A stretch of DNA of 64,000 nucleotides from a virus (taxonomy: Duplodnaviria; Heunggongvirae; Uroviricota; Caudoviricetes), in IMG/VR virus record IMGVR_UViG_3300042363_000940; one strand, given 5' to 3'. Shown here piece by piece: positions 8,586-17,837 of the stretch; position 1 is the stretch's first letter; the number at the start of each line of letters is the position of its first letter. The position numbers and the translations under genes were made by a program. The notes under the pieces were generated by a model. It was given only the letters and a program-made list of their open reading frames with translations, made no database searches and was not told the DNA's origin.

Positions 8586-9305
8586 TTAATGAGAAATAAC
8601 TAACTCATCTCTAAGTTTCGCGGCCATTTCATAGTTCTCATCTGCAACCGCAATGAGTAATCTCTCTTGGAGTTCCTGTTTTGATTCTCCAGATAAATCT
8701 TCTTGAATTGGTTCTCTTTCTTCTTGTAGAATGGAAACCCACGCCTTCAAATAAAGAATAACATTCCCCTTTTTAGAATAGTAGTTGTGGTCTTGAGTGG
8801 TTGTGGTAACCATTTTCTTCACTTCAACCATTTTGGTTCTTCCAAACAATCTACCGAAGAAAGTATTAACTGGGATATAATCGTAATGGTCAAATACTTC
8901 AGTTGTTACTTTATGATGGGTAGATATCCCTGAACGTTTTAATATTGCGGAATTTTCCAAATACTCTAAGTGTGCGATGTCATCAGTAGTTAATCCAGCA
9001 TCGTTTAAATCGTCGAAAATCTGTTTCATTGGTACTCCCGTTATTGGGCACCATGCACTTATAAGGCTCTTCCAAGTTTTTGCCACCTCAGGTTTATCTT
9101 TAACCTTCTCAAAGATTGAGTGTGTAAAGATATCCTCATCTTTAAGTCGTTGTTTCAACTCGGTACCTGTTATCCCTAACATTGCTTGAGATACAACACC
9201 ACAGTTACAACTTTCTTGTTCCTGCCAATTGTAAATTACTGTTCCATTTTCAAGTGCTCTGATTGCACCCATTAAAGATTTGGTTAATTTTTCTTTACGG
9301 TTCAT
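8586..9305 (-). CDS. hypothetical protein with C-terminal UVR (UvrB/C-like) motif
   Basis: C-terminal ENYEMAAKLRDEL resembles the UvrB C-terminal EEAARLRDEI helix. Confidence 0.5.
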   Translation of the reverse strand: MNRKEKLTKSLMGAIRALENGTVIYNWQEQESCNCGVVSQAMLGITGTELKQRLKDEDIFTHSIFEKVKDKPEVAKTWKSLISAWCPITGVPMKQIFDDLNDAGLTTDDIAHLEYLENSAILKRSGISTHHKVTTEVFDHYDYIPVNTFFGRLFGRTKMVEVKKMVTTTTQDHNYYSKKGNVILYLKAWVSILQEEREPIQEDLSGESKQELQERLLIAVADENYEMAAKLRDELVISH

Positions 9306-9316
9306 AGTATGTAGAT

Positions 9317-10189
9317 TTATAATATTTCTTTTAAAGTTATTTCTTGTGGTGAATTTATAATTTTAGGACCTTCTCTAAACCATTTAGTGATGATGTTTTT
9401 TTCACCCGAGATAACCGGTAGTCCGCAATGTTTTGCGTATTCATTTGGTTTTCCATTTCTTAAAATATTAGACCAAACAACGGCAGTTCCGGTATTCGGA
9501 ATTAATGTTTTATCGATTTTTGTGAAGTGTGTTTCACCACCCTCTTCCACATCATTAAGATAAACCATGAATGTCCACGTTCTTTGACCAAGATTAACTA
9601 ACCCCACTTTATTGGGTTCGTAATTCTCATCAAAATAATCACCGTGTTCTTTAAATTGTTGACCAACTAGATACTTCTGACCTTGTGGTATTTCACCCAA
9701 CTCGTGGGGTAATTTCATAAACGAATGTATCTTATCATTTACGGATTTATAGATTGGATTATCTAAAAACATATCACAGGTTGAACTGGTTCTAACGTCT
9801 TCAACATTAGTATTTGTAACCACTGTTGATTGTCTCAACTTACCAACCATCTGTTCTATTAACTCCCCACATTCTTCACCCGATAAGAAGTTTGGTATTG
9901 TATAAATTTCCAAAAACTCAGTCTCGATTCTATAAACACCTGAGTTATCACACAACGGTTTATAGAGAGGTTGAATGGTAAATGGTGGTGTTTCATTAAG
10001 GGCTACTTGGGTATCCTTTCTTTTTTGTATCAAAGGATTTGAAGGTGTCATATCTAATTCTTTAGAAATTAAATCATATTCAAATCCATGATTTAATAAT
10101 ACGTTAAAGATATTTTCTTTACCTAAACCATTTACTACGTTTGTCCAAATCCAAACTTTCCATTCCGGTGATAAACTTTTGATAATCAT
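9317..10189 (-). CDS. prolyl 4-hydroxylase-like 2OG-Fe(II) oxygenase
   Basis: FMVYLNDVEEGGETHF...GTAVVWSN matches the P4Hc core (MxYLNxVEEGGETxF). Confidence 0.75.
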   Translation of the reverse strand: MIIKSLSPEWKVWIWTNVVNGLGKENIFNVLLNHGFEYDLISKELDMTPSNPLIQKRKDTQVALNETPPFTIQPLYKPLCDNSGVYRIETEFLEIYTIPNFLSGEECGELIEQMVGKLRQSTVVTNTNVEDVRTSSTCDMFLDNPIYKSVNDKIHSFMKLPHELGEIPQGQKYLVGQQFKEHGDYFDENYEPNKVGLVNLGQRTWTFMVYLNDVEEGGETHFTKIDKTLIPNTGTAVVWSNILRNGKPNEYAKHCGLPVISGEKNIITKWFREGPKIINSPQEITLKEIL

Positions 10190-10459
10190 TTTTATTTATA
10201 TTGATTGAATAAATCTATGTAATAATCCACCTTTTCGGGACGGACTGTCATTGAGAAATAAAATTGTTTTTCTTTAATTCCTTTTGGGAATTTTGTGCGC
10301 ATTAGATTAAATAACTCTCTTCTTTCGACAGTAGGGTTATGATATTCGTGTTTCATTTTTTTGTTTATAAACTACAATATACAATAACAGAAACAAGTAC
10401 CATCCACAGTACGAGTACTCCGGCAATTGCCCAATCCGTAGATTTCCAATTCTTCATTT

Positions 10460-10747
10460 TTATAAACTTTTTAAATGGCAGTATCGATTCGCCGCCACGA
10501 TTATCTTGAGGTTTTTCAGACAGTCTTGGTCTGCACGGTTGACTGCCTCGAATAAATTGTTATCAACGATTGACTGAACAAAACTCCCACCCATCGGACC
10601 AACACCATCTCGAGTTACCATCACTGATACAATGATATCAATAATGTGTTCACTTACATTTACTTCGTACTTTTTTACAAACTCTCTTGCGGTTTCGTAA
10701 AATTTGTTTCCTCTATCTATCATAACTATTTTGTTTTTAATTATCAA
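10460..10747 (-). CDS. hypothetical protein (95 aa)
   Basis: ORF. Confidence 0.45.
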   Translation of the reverse strand: MIIKNKIVMIDRGNKFYETAREFVKKYEVNVSEHIIDIIVSVMVTRDGVGPMGGSFVQSIVDNNLFEAVNRADQDCLKNLKIIVAANRYCHLKSL

Positions 10748-11216
10748 ACCAAAAAACTACTCTAAATCCATTTTCTTTAATCGTATGTCGATTGTCATCA
10801 TCAATCCAAAACTCATTTTTAAATCTTTCATTCATTGGGTTAACAAAAAAAGATAATGTTTCAATAAGTTCTTTATTATCTGAATTATTGTAAATGTAAT
10901 CTTTGAGTTCTTTCATTGTATAGTAAGAAGGTGTATGTACCTCATCCCATTTTTCATACTCTCTTTTGGTAACGTCACTCACATCTTCAGGTAAACCTCT
11001 CGGCTCCTTAATTGGGTCTTCAGAACTTCTCACACCAGCAAGTATTCCGAACAACTCATAATTTCTTCCAATGTAAAATGAAACTTGGTCGTATTCATTT
11101 TTAGAGTCGTCCAACCCAAAGTGTGGATTTATTTGCCAGTAGTCAACGTTGACCCATTTATTTTCACCGTTAATCGATGTGTATTTTTCTAAGTAACTAT
11201 GTATATCGCATCCCAT
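10737..11216 (-). CDS. hypothetical protein (159 aa)
   Basis: ORF. Confidence 0.5.
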   Translation of the reverse strand: MGCDIHSYLEKYTSINGENKWVNVDYWQINPHFGLDDSKNEYDQVSFYIGRNYELFGILAGVRSSEDPIKEPRGLPEDVSDVTKREYEKWDEVHTPSYYTMKELKDYIYNNSDNKELIETLSFFVNPMNERFKNEFWIDDDNRHTIKENGFRVVFWFDN

Positions 11217-11261
11217 ATTTCAAATATAATTAATTTTTTCCAATTATTCGGTTTTACCAAA

Positions 11262-12143
11262 TTAAACTTTTAATTTTTTTATTATTATTTCCGCAGTTGC
11301 TCTCGGACTCAAAAATTCTTCGTAAAATTTTTTATTATTTAATCCCATTTGTTCCAATTTTTTAGGATTTTTGAGTAAGTTTCGTGCGATTTTAATTCCA
11401 TCACTCCAATTTTCTACTTTTATAACTGGAATATTTTTATAGTATTCCCTATCGGGTAATTCTTCTGTTATAACTACACAACCATACTTCATGGCCTCAT
11501 ACAATCTAAATGTTTCTGAATTTGTCCAACCTCTTGGACAAAGTGCTATTTTACTATGTTGTAAAAAGTATTGGTATAATTCCGAGTCCATTCCTTTGTT
11601 AAAATCTTCGTTGAATTGAAACAAATCTCTATTCCATTTCCATTGAAGGATTTTATTCAAAATTTTCAAAGTTTTATTTTTGTAGAATGATAATCCCATG
11701 GATAACCAAAACTTACGAATACCACTCAACTCACTTGCCAATACCAATCGGTTTCTATTTAAACAACCAATAAAAGATATGTTGTATAGTCTTTCACCCA
11801 TTGGTATTATTTCGGAATTTATACTTTCAGTAAAATAACCCAAAGGTATTGATGTTGTATTTTTGGTATTCCAATAGTAATTTGAAAAAATATGAGTGTA
11901 ATCGTTTTTTATCTCATTTATATTATTTCTTTTGTTTTCACTACTATGCCAAATTAAAACTTTTTTGGAATGATTGATTCGTTTGGGTAGTGGAGTAGGA
12001 GTTTTACTTCCATTAGTAGAATACATCACAAACAAAAATTCATCAAAATTTTTAAGTTTCTTTTTTAGATACTTAAACATTTCTCCCGTGTACCCTCCTT
12101 TGTATTTTTGCTCATTACCCAACTCATCAATAACATTTTTCAT
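11262..12143 (-). CDS. hypothetical protein, possible GT-B glycosyltransferase
   Basis: C-terminal FRLYEAMKYGCVVITE resembles the GT1 C-terminal E...EAmA.G.PVI motif; weak. Confidence 0.45.
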   Translation of the reverse strand: MKNVIDELGNEQKYKGGYTGEMFKYLKKKLKNFDEFLFVMYSTNGSKTPTPLPKRINHSKKVLIWHSSENKRNNINEIKNDYTHIFSNYYWNTKNTTSIPLGYFTESINSEIIPMGERLYNISFIGCLNRNRLVLASELSGIRKFWLSMGLSFYKNKTLKILNKILQWKWNRDLFQFNEDFNKGMDSELYQYFLQHSKIALCPRGWTNSETFRLYEAMKYGCVVITEELPDREYYKNIPVIKVENWSDGIKIARNLLKNPKKLEQMGLNNKKFYEEFLSPRATAEIIIKKLKV

Positions 12144-12182
12144 ATTTTTAATATAATTAAAGTTTTTTAAAAAACAAAATGA

Positions 12183-13448
12183 TTACACCATTGAGTTGTA
12201 ATATGTGTGTGATTTTATGATTGCGTTTTCAATAACACCAATGATACTGGTAAGGTTAAATTCATCAATATTACCAATTGAAATTCTAAACCAACCCTTG
12301 TTTTCTTTTGAACCAAAGTATTCAAATGGTACAATACCCAAACCACACGTATTGATTAAGTAGGATATGTAATCCTCAGTATTGGCAAATGAGTGAGTGT
12401 ATTCTATATAAACTGAAATGTATATTCCACCTTCAGGTCTTTGACAGTCAACTCTGAATCCTTTACCTTTCATCTTATCAAACATATCACAAATAGAATG
12501 TGTAATGTGTTTGTATTTGGTGGTAACATTTTGAGTGTGGTGGGTGAACTCAGGTAAAGTATCTGACATAAATTTACCAACCGCATTTTGTTCCGCCTTT
12601 GGTGCCCACGCTCCGATGTGTGAAAATATCTCGGTTAGTTTTCCAATAATATCTTTAGGTCCAAACGCCCAACCAACACGAACACCGGTTGCATTAAGTG
12701 ACTTGGAGATACCATCAACACAAATCAAATAATCTTTAATCTCAGGACATAGTGTTAATGGATGAACAAACAAATCATCTTGAGTTAAATCAGAATAGAT
12801 TTGGTCAAAGAAAAGGTACAGAGGTCTCGAATTTATGTGGTCTTTCCTAACGTTATTTTCATTTACAATTAAATCACAAATATCTTTTAAAACTTCAGGG
12901 TCTATAACACGACCTGTTGGGTTCTGTGGTGAACAAATACAAACCAATGATGTGGTCCTTTTAATTTTAACGTCAATATCCATTACACTCGGGAAGAATG
13001 AGTTCTCAGGTTTACATTCGATAACATCTTTAACCGCATTATGTAAGAATGAGTAGTGATTGTTATTCCACGATGGAACCGGATAAATAACAGAGTCACC
13101 ATCATTTACGGTACCTTTGAATATGGTATAGATTAATGGTCGAACACCTCCACCAATTAATATCTCTTCGGGTGAATAGTCAATGTCGTGTTTTGTTTTC
13201 ATGTAATCACTAACCGACTTTCTCAAATCTAGTTCTCCCTGTGATGCCGGATAGTTGGTTAGGTCTTCGTTGTACGCATCTTGAATGAAAAACTTTAACC
13301 TCTCAGGTATTGGCCATTTCTTCGAATCAAAATCACCTATTGTTAAATTGGCAACGGGTTTAGTTTTTGATATTTCTTTAATTTGTTGTGAGATTTTAAT
13401 AATCTCTGAGCCGATGATTCCGTTTCCAATTTTCGATAATCTTTTCAT
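12183..13448 (-). CDS. class I/II PLP-dependent aminotransferase
   Basis: SPQNPTGRV motif and a PLP-lysine context GISKSLNATGVRVGWAFGP. Confidence 0.8.
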   Translation of the reverse strand: MKRLSKIGNGIIGSEIIKISQQIKEISKTKPVANLTIGDFDSKKWPIPERLKFFIQDAYNEDLTNYPASQGELDLRKSVSDYMKTKHDIDYSPEEILIGGGVRPLIYTIFKGTVNDGDSVIYPVPSWNNNHYSFLHNAVKDVIECKPENSFFPSVMDIDVKIKRTTSLVCICSPQNPTGRVIDPEVLKDICDLIVNENNVRKDHINSRPLYLFFDQIYSDLTQDDLFVHPLTLCPEIKDYLICVDGISKSLNATGVRVGWAFGPKDIIGKLTEIFSHIGAWAPKAEQNAVGKFMSDTLPEFTHHTQNVTTKYKHITHSICDMFDKMKGKGFRVDCQRPEGGIYISVYIEYTHSFANTEDYISYLINTCGLGIVPFEYFGSKENKGWFRISIGNIDEFNLTSIIGVIENAIIKSHTYYNSMV

Positions 13449-13477
13449 TGTTTTTTATGGGTCTTTATGTTTTAAGT

Positions 13478-13981
13478 TTATTCGTAATTTTCACTGAAAG
13501 TCTTATTCAACCCATTAATAACATTTTGTTGTTTATCTTTCAATGCATTATCGATTAAATACTTTTCATTTTCTATTGCCCACAATCTTTCGTAATTTTC
13601 ATCCAAAGTACCTTCTATTGTTTCAATATCCTTTTTCTTACACAAGTAAATAGTGTCATCATTTTGATAACCGTAAGTTAAAAATTCAACGGGATAAATC
13701 AAGAAAAGGGATAAAATTTGATGACCTTCTCTTTGATAATACTTTAAAGACCATTTTTTTATGTAAAATACGGAACCATCCCAATTATTCTCAGTTAACT
13801 CATAAATTGGGTTGACTTTGGTTCGGTATTTCTCAGATATTTTAAACTTGTGTACATATTTTATCTTATCGTATAATGATAATTTGTTTAATAACGCGTA
13901 CACAAGTATTCCGAATACTAACAATATCGATAATAACAGGAAACCTCCAAGTATTAATGTAGCAAAATCTGATAGTGTCAT
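13478..13981 (-). CDS. membrane-anchored hypothetical protein (167 aa)
   Basis: N-terminal transmembrane helix LILGGFLLLSILLVFGILVYALL. Confidence 0.5.
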   Translation of the reverse strand: MTLSDFATLILGGFLLLSILLVFGILVYALLNKLSLYDKIKYVHKFKISEKYRTKVNPIYELTENNWDGSVFYIKKWSLKYYQREGHQILSLFLIYPVEFLTYGYQNDDTIYLCKKKDIETIEGTLDENYERLWAIENEKYLIDNALKDKQQNVINGLNKTFSENYE

Positions 13982-14002
13982 AATAGTTTTATTTTAAATT
14001 GT

Positions 14003-14797
14003 TTAACTTAAAGAGTTAGGTAAGTATAGTAATGTTGGATTCTTTTTTTGTATATCTAATTCGGGATAGTTCTCTTTGAATTTCATAACATCAAACTTTT
14101 TAGTAATTAAGTGATGACCATTCTTAGTTGGAATAACCGCCTCGAGTTTCGGTCCCACTTTATAACCTATTGGCATACCCGCACTGTCGAACTCAACTTC
14201 AGTAATTGGTTTACATTCGTATTCAATAAATGCAACCATAAGAGGACTCATTTCTTTTATGTCATCAACATCAATAATCCATCTCTTCTCCTGTGTTTTA
14301 ATTTGACCAACAACTGAATCAAATAACCCCTTTTGGTTGTGTTGACCATTCTGAATACGTTGTGCCAAATCAACCATCATGTTTAATGACACATCAAAAT
14401 GGTTTTGTTTCTGAACGTGGATGTACGCTCTCGCCTTAAACATCTCACAGAGTTGTTTAATCTCTTCATACCTACGTTCAAGATGTTCGATACTTTCAAT
14501 ACAGTAAGTCTTAATTGTCCTTACCGATTGGTGATTATCTCTTTCACCTTCGGGTTGGTCTTTCTTACGTTTAAAAACATATAACATGTAGAAGTCCCCA
14601 CTTTTTTCAAAGTTCAAGAGAGGTCTAATTAAATCTATATTGTCCATACTACTTTGTTTATTGTTTGTCATTCTTTTTTCTTTTAACCATTCGTTTAATG
14701 ATTCACTTGTTTCGTTACTTAACGCATTGTCAAGTTTTTCTTCGAGTTTGTTTAAGTCTAAGTTGCTCACTATTGTTCCATTGTTGGTTTTAACCAA
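14003..14797 (-). CDS. hypothetical protein (264 aa)
   Basis: ORF. Confidence 0.55.
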   Translation of the reverse strand: MVKTNNGTIVSNLDLNKLEEKLDNALSNETSESLNEWLKEKRMTNNKQSSMDNIDLIRPLLNFEKSGDFYMLYVFKRKKDQPEGERDNHQSVRTIKTYCIESIEHLERRYEEIKQLCEMFKARAYIHVQKQNHFDVSLNMMVDLAQRIQNGQHNQKGLFDSVVGQIKTQEKRWIIDVDDIKEMSPLMVAFIEYECKPITEVEFDSAGMPIGYKVGPKLEAVIPTKNGHHLITKKFDVMKFKENYPELDIQKKNPTLLYLPNSLS

Positions 14798-15504
14798 AGA
14801 GTATTATCTTTGAAGATGTAGTTCCTTAATGCTGGGTATTCATGTAATGTCTTCAATGTTTTAACGGTATCGTGTTTAAAACATTTGAATAATTCCTCTC
14901 TAATTCTTTCAGTTGATACAACACCCATCTTACCAACATAATCATAATCTTGCATAATACTATCCATCGCCGGTCCTATCCAAAATCCTTTGGTTATACA
15001 GAACCTGATTGCTCTCAGAATACGAAGTGGGTCGTCATCAAATGTATCGGTACATGGTAATGGTGTACGAAGATACCCTCTCTTTAAATCCTCAATCCCA
15101 TTAAAGTAATCTATGATATTCCCATCACCGTCTTTTGCCAACGCGTTCAATGTAAAATCCCTACGTTCTAAATCGTCATATAAGGTCCCTGGTTTAACGA
15201 TAGGTATTCGGGTACCACTTATGTATCCAACTTCCTTTCGAGCCATTACGAAGTCTGCAACACCTTGGTAACGGTGTCCCTCAGGGAACCGTGCTCTAAT
15301 GGTGAAACATGATGGTGTTTCCAAGAATATTTCAAACTTTTCAGAGACAAGATAATAGTGTAAAACCGTGAACATATCCTCCGCCTCAGTGTATAAATCC
15401 AATAAAGATTGGGTGGGTACTGCAACATAATCCACATCTTTAGATGTTAACCCCAAGATTTCGTCCCTTACTTTTCCCCCAACTTCGTAAAATGTAAAAC
15501 TCAT
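14770..15504 (-). CDS. cca: tRNA nucleotidyltransferase (CCA-adding enzyme)-like, minimal head domain
   Basis: YEVGGKVRDEILGLTSKDVDYVAV (GGxVRD, DxD) and the RRDFTLNALA motif typical of class II CCA-adding enzymes / poly(A) polymerases. Confidence 0.8.
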   Translation of the reverse strand: MSFTFYEVGGKVRDEILGLTSKDVDYVAVPTQSLLDLYTEAEDMFTVLHYYLVSEKFEIFLETPSCFTIRARFPEGHRYQGVADFVMARKEVGYISGTRIPIVKPGTLYDDLERRDFTLNALAKDGDGNIIDYFNGIEDLKRGYLRTPLPCTDTFDDDPLRILRAIRFCITKGFWIGPAMDSIMQDYDYVGKMGVVSTERIREELFKCFKHDTVKTLKTLHEYPALRNYIFKDNTLWLKPTMEQ

Positions 15505-15540
15505 AATATTTTTTATGGTACAAATATAAGAGATTACTTC

Positions 15541-15553
15541 GAATATTCCAAAT
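15541..15553 (-). promoter_or_regulatory. conserved promoter-like element
   Basis: TTCGAATATTCCAAATT, 37 nt upstream of the cca start at 15504. Confidence 0.45.
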
Positions 15554-15569
15554 TATTTGTAAATAAAAA

Positions 15570-15602
15570 ACCCCCATAAACTATGAGGGTTTTAATTCTA
15601 AA
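15570..15602 (-). terminator. rho-independent terminator downstream of the glucosaminidase gene
   Basis: AAAACCC...GGGTTTT hairpin followed by a T-run on the minus strand. Confidence 0.45.
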
Positions 15603-15709
15603 AAACAAATTTAACCAATATGACAGAAAGTGCGGTAGTCACCGATACACATACTCAGGGTAGTGTTATGATAATGATAACAAATTCTATTTGGTTTTTA
15701 AAGTCATTT

Positions 15710-16276
15710 TTAAAATAATTCTTTTAGTTTGTGTTTTTCTATCACATCTTTCAATGAGGTAACATATTTGTCCCCCGACTCGGCGTAACTACCACTGAGG
15801 TAAGTGAAATATTCCTGTTCGTTACGAATAGATGAAAGGTATCGACATTGATAGAATGCGTAATCGTAAACAGATTCATACCAGTTCTCATAGTATGCAT
15901 GACCATTCTGTGTACCCTTAGCGGTGTTGATTCGAATAGTTGCCTGTTTCATTCCAAATAAGTTGTGGTTCTCTTTGAATATGTTACTTTTAAATGCACC
16001 TGTCTCAAGAATAGATTGTGCCATTACTATATGAGGAAAACGAACATTCAATCGTTTAAGTTCATCGGCAAATTTATCTTCAGTGAATTCATTTTTTTGT
16101 TGGTCGAGACTAACAACCAATAGTTCCATTTCATGTTCATCTAATGTTGTGAACCTATAGAATCTACCAAGTAGGAACGTTGCGAACATTAAGACCACAA
16201 CGACTGATAATGCAATCTTTGTTTTCTTTAAATCTTTCCTCCACACTAATGTATTTGTATCAAATTTATAAAACAT
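15710..16276 (-). CDS. membrane-anchored peptidoglycan hydrolase, FlgJ-type glucosaminidase domain
   Basis: N-terminal transmembrane helix, then SILETGAFKSNIFKENHNLFGMK, which matches the Glucosaminidase (PF01832) signature. Confidence 0.75.
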   Translation of the reverse strand: MFYKFDTNTLVWRKDLKKTKIALSVVVVLMFATFLLGRFYRFTTLDEHEMELLVVSLDQQKNEFTEDKFADELKRLNVRFPHIVMAQSILETGAFKSNIFKENHNLFGMKQATIRINTAKGTQNGHAYYENWYESVYDYAFYQCRYLSSIRNEQEYFTYLSGSYAESGDKYVTSLKDVIEKHKLKELF

Positions 16277-16318
16277 AATTTTAGGTTTTTAGGGTTAAAC
16301 AAACATCGGACCAAACTC

Positions 16319-16481
16319 AATTGTTCAATTTACTGTAATGAAATTCATAATATTCCTTACTCATTAAATGACCAACGATAATCTTGGTCATCCTTAACGC
16401 CTCGTCAAACGTTTCGTAGTAAAACGTTTTACCATTGTCGGTGACAATTACCCAATTCTTTATATTTTTTAGGTCATTCAT
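16319..16481 (-). CDS. small hypothetical protein (54 aa), not in the ORF track
   Basis: ATG at 16479-16481, translation MNDLKNIKNWVIVTDNGKTFYYETFDEALRMTKIIVGHLMSKEYYEFHYSKLNN; variant promoter-like motif upstream. Confidence 0.3.
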
Positions 16482-16553
16482 TGTGAATAGTTTTAAACTT
16501 CACTACAAATATAGTAAGGTTTTTGGAATATCCAAAAAAAATTAAAAATATTT

Positions 16554-16967
16554 TTAAATTCTAGAATTTAGTTCCCGAGTAAGTCTCTCACGAACTTTAT
16601 CACTAATTGGTATTGCGTTACCATCCTCGTCAACACGAACAAAGGTGATGTTGGTGGATAGTATAACATCTTCTTCGTGTGTGTACACGTTGAACGACCT
16701 TGCCTCCAAGTAAAGTGTTATAGATGTGTTACCAATTTTAACAACATCACCATATATTTTAAGTAACGAACCTTCTCTTGCTGGTTTTTTAAAAATACAT
16801 TTATCGATACAGATGGTTACCATTCGTCTATTGTGACAAATCTCCATCGCATACGATGCAGCTGATGAGTCTATCCAACTAGTAAGTTTGCCCCCGAAGA
16901 GGTTCCCATGAAATCCTAAATCCGATTTCTTAATTGGGTGTGTGTTGATTAAGTTCAATTTGTTCAA
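16554..16967 (-). CDS. hotdog-fold acyl-CoA thioesterase (YciA-like)
   Basis: HGNLFGGKLTSWIDSSAASYAME resembles the YciA/4HBT motif. Confidence 0.7.
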   Translation of the reverse strand: MNKLNLINTHPIKKSDLGFHGNLFGGKLTSWIDSSAASYAMEICHNRRMVTICIDKCIFKKPAREGSLLKIYGDVVKIGNTSITLYLEARSFNVYTHEEDVILSTNITFVRVDEDGNAIPISDKVRERLTRELNSRI

Positions 16968-16978
16968 GATTATTTTAT

Positions 16979-17356
16979 TTAATTGGAAACGATTAACTGG
17001 TCCACTATCATCTTGGCAGTGGCGTAGTTTGTTGCTAATGGTACTTCGTGAACATCACAAACTCTCATTAACATTTGTACATCGGGTTCATGGGGATGTC
17101 TATCCAACGGGTCTCTAAAGAATATAACCGCAGTCATTTCTTTTCTTGCGACCATTGCTGCGATTTCAGCATCACCACCCATAGGACCTGAGTTGACTGT
17201 GTCCACTTTAGTTATGCCAGCAAACATAATTCGTTTACCTGTTGTACCTGTGGCAACAATATCAACATCTTCTCGGTTGAAGAAATATAATCTCTTCATC
17301 ACAAAGGCAACCATGTCCGCCTTCTTCCCATCATGGGCAATCAATGCAATCTTCAT
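16979..17356 (-). CDS. mgsA: methylglyoxal synthase
   Basis: IALIAHDGKK...ATGTTG...GPMGGDAEIAAM...IFFRDPLDRHPHEPDVQMLMRVCDVHEVPLATNYATA aligns end to end with MgsA. Confidence 0.9.
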   Translation of the reverse strand: MKIALIAHDGKKADMVAFVMKRLYFFNREDVDIVATGTTGKRIMFAGITKVDTVNSGPMGGDAEIAAMVARKEMTAVIFFRDPLDRHPHEPDVQMLMRVCDVHEVPLATNYATAKMIVDQLIVSN

Positions 17357-17357
17357 A

Positions 17358-17837
17358 TTAATATAAGTAAAGTTTTATACCACAGAATAAGTTATGTTCG
17401 TTTTTCATATTCACATAACTTACTGAAGCATAAAATGGGTATGTTAGTTTATAGTCCGCACTTACTCTAAACATTGTTTTAGTATAGTCCCTAACATCAA
17501 CACCCAACCCAATTGTTGGTACAAGTCTCTTAATGTCTTTATGTCTAAAAACATAGTTACCACCAACGTAAACATCATCACTGTATGCGTTAAAAACAAA
17601 TGGTTCGTTGTTTACCATATACAAACCGGCGGACATTCTCCTGTGTCCAATTTCAATATTAGACATTCCGTACCTATTGGATAATGAATACCCAACTGAA
17701 TAGAACGAACCACCACCTCTATTCCCGTAGGATAATGAGTAGTTGAACGCCTTTTGAAACGGTCTACTCAATAAAGATGATGGTTGCCCAAACAACTGTA
17801 GAGGTAAGATGAACAGTAATGTTATTAATAATTTCAT
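17358..17837 (-). CDS. secreted protein, possible small outer-membrane beta-barrel
   Basis: Signal peptide MKLLITLLFILPLQLFGQ, alternating hydrophobic pattern, C-terminal aromatic ...LYLY. Confidence 0.45.
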   Translation of the reverse strand: MKLLITLLFILPLQLFGQPSSLLSRPFQKAFNYSLSYGNRGGGSFYSVGYSLSNRYGMSNIEIGHRRMSAGLYMVNNEPFVFNAYSDDVYVGGNYVFRHKDIKRLVPTIGLGVDVRDYTKTMFRVSADYKLTYPFYASVSYVNMKNEHNLFCGIKLYLY

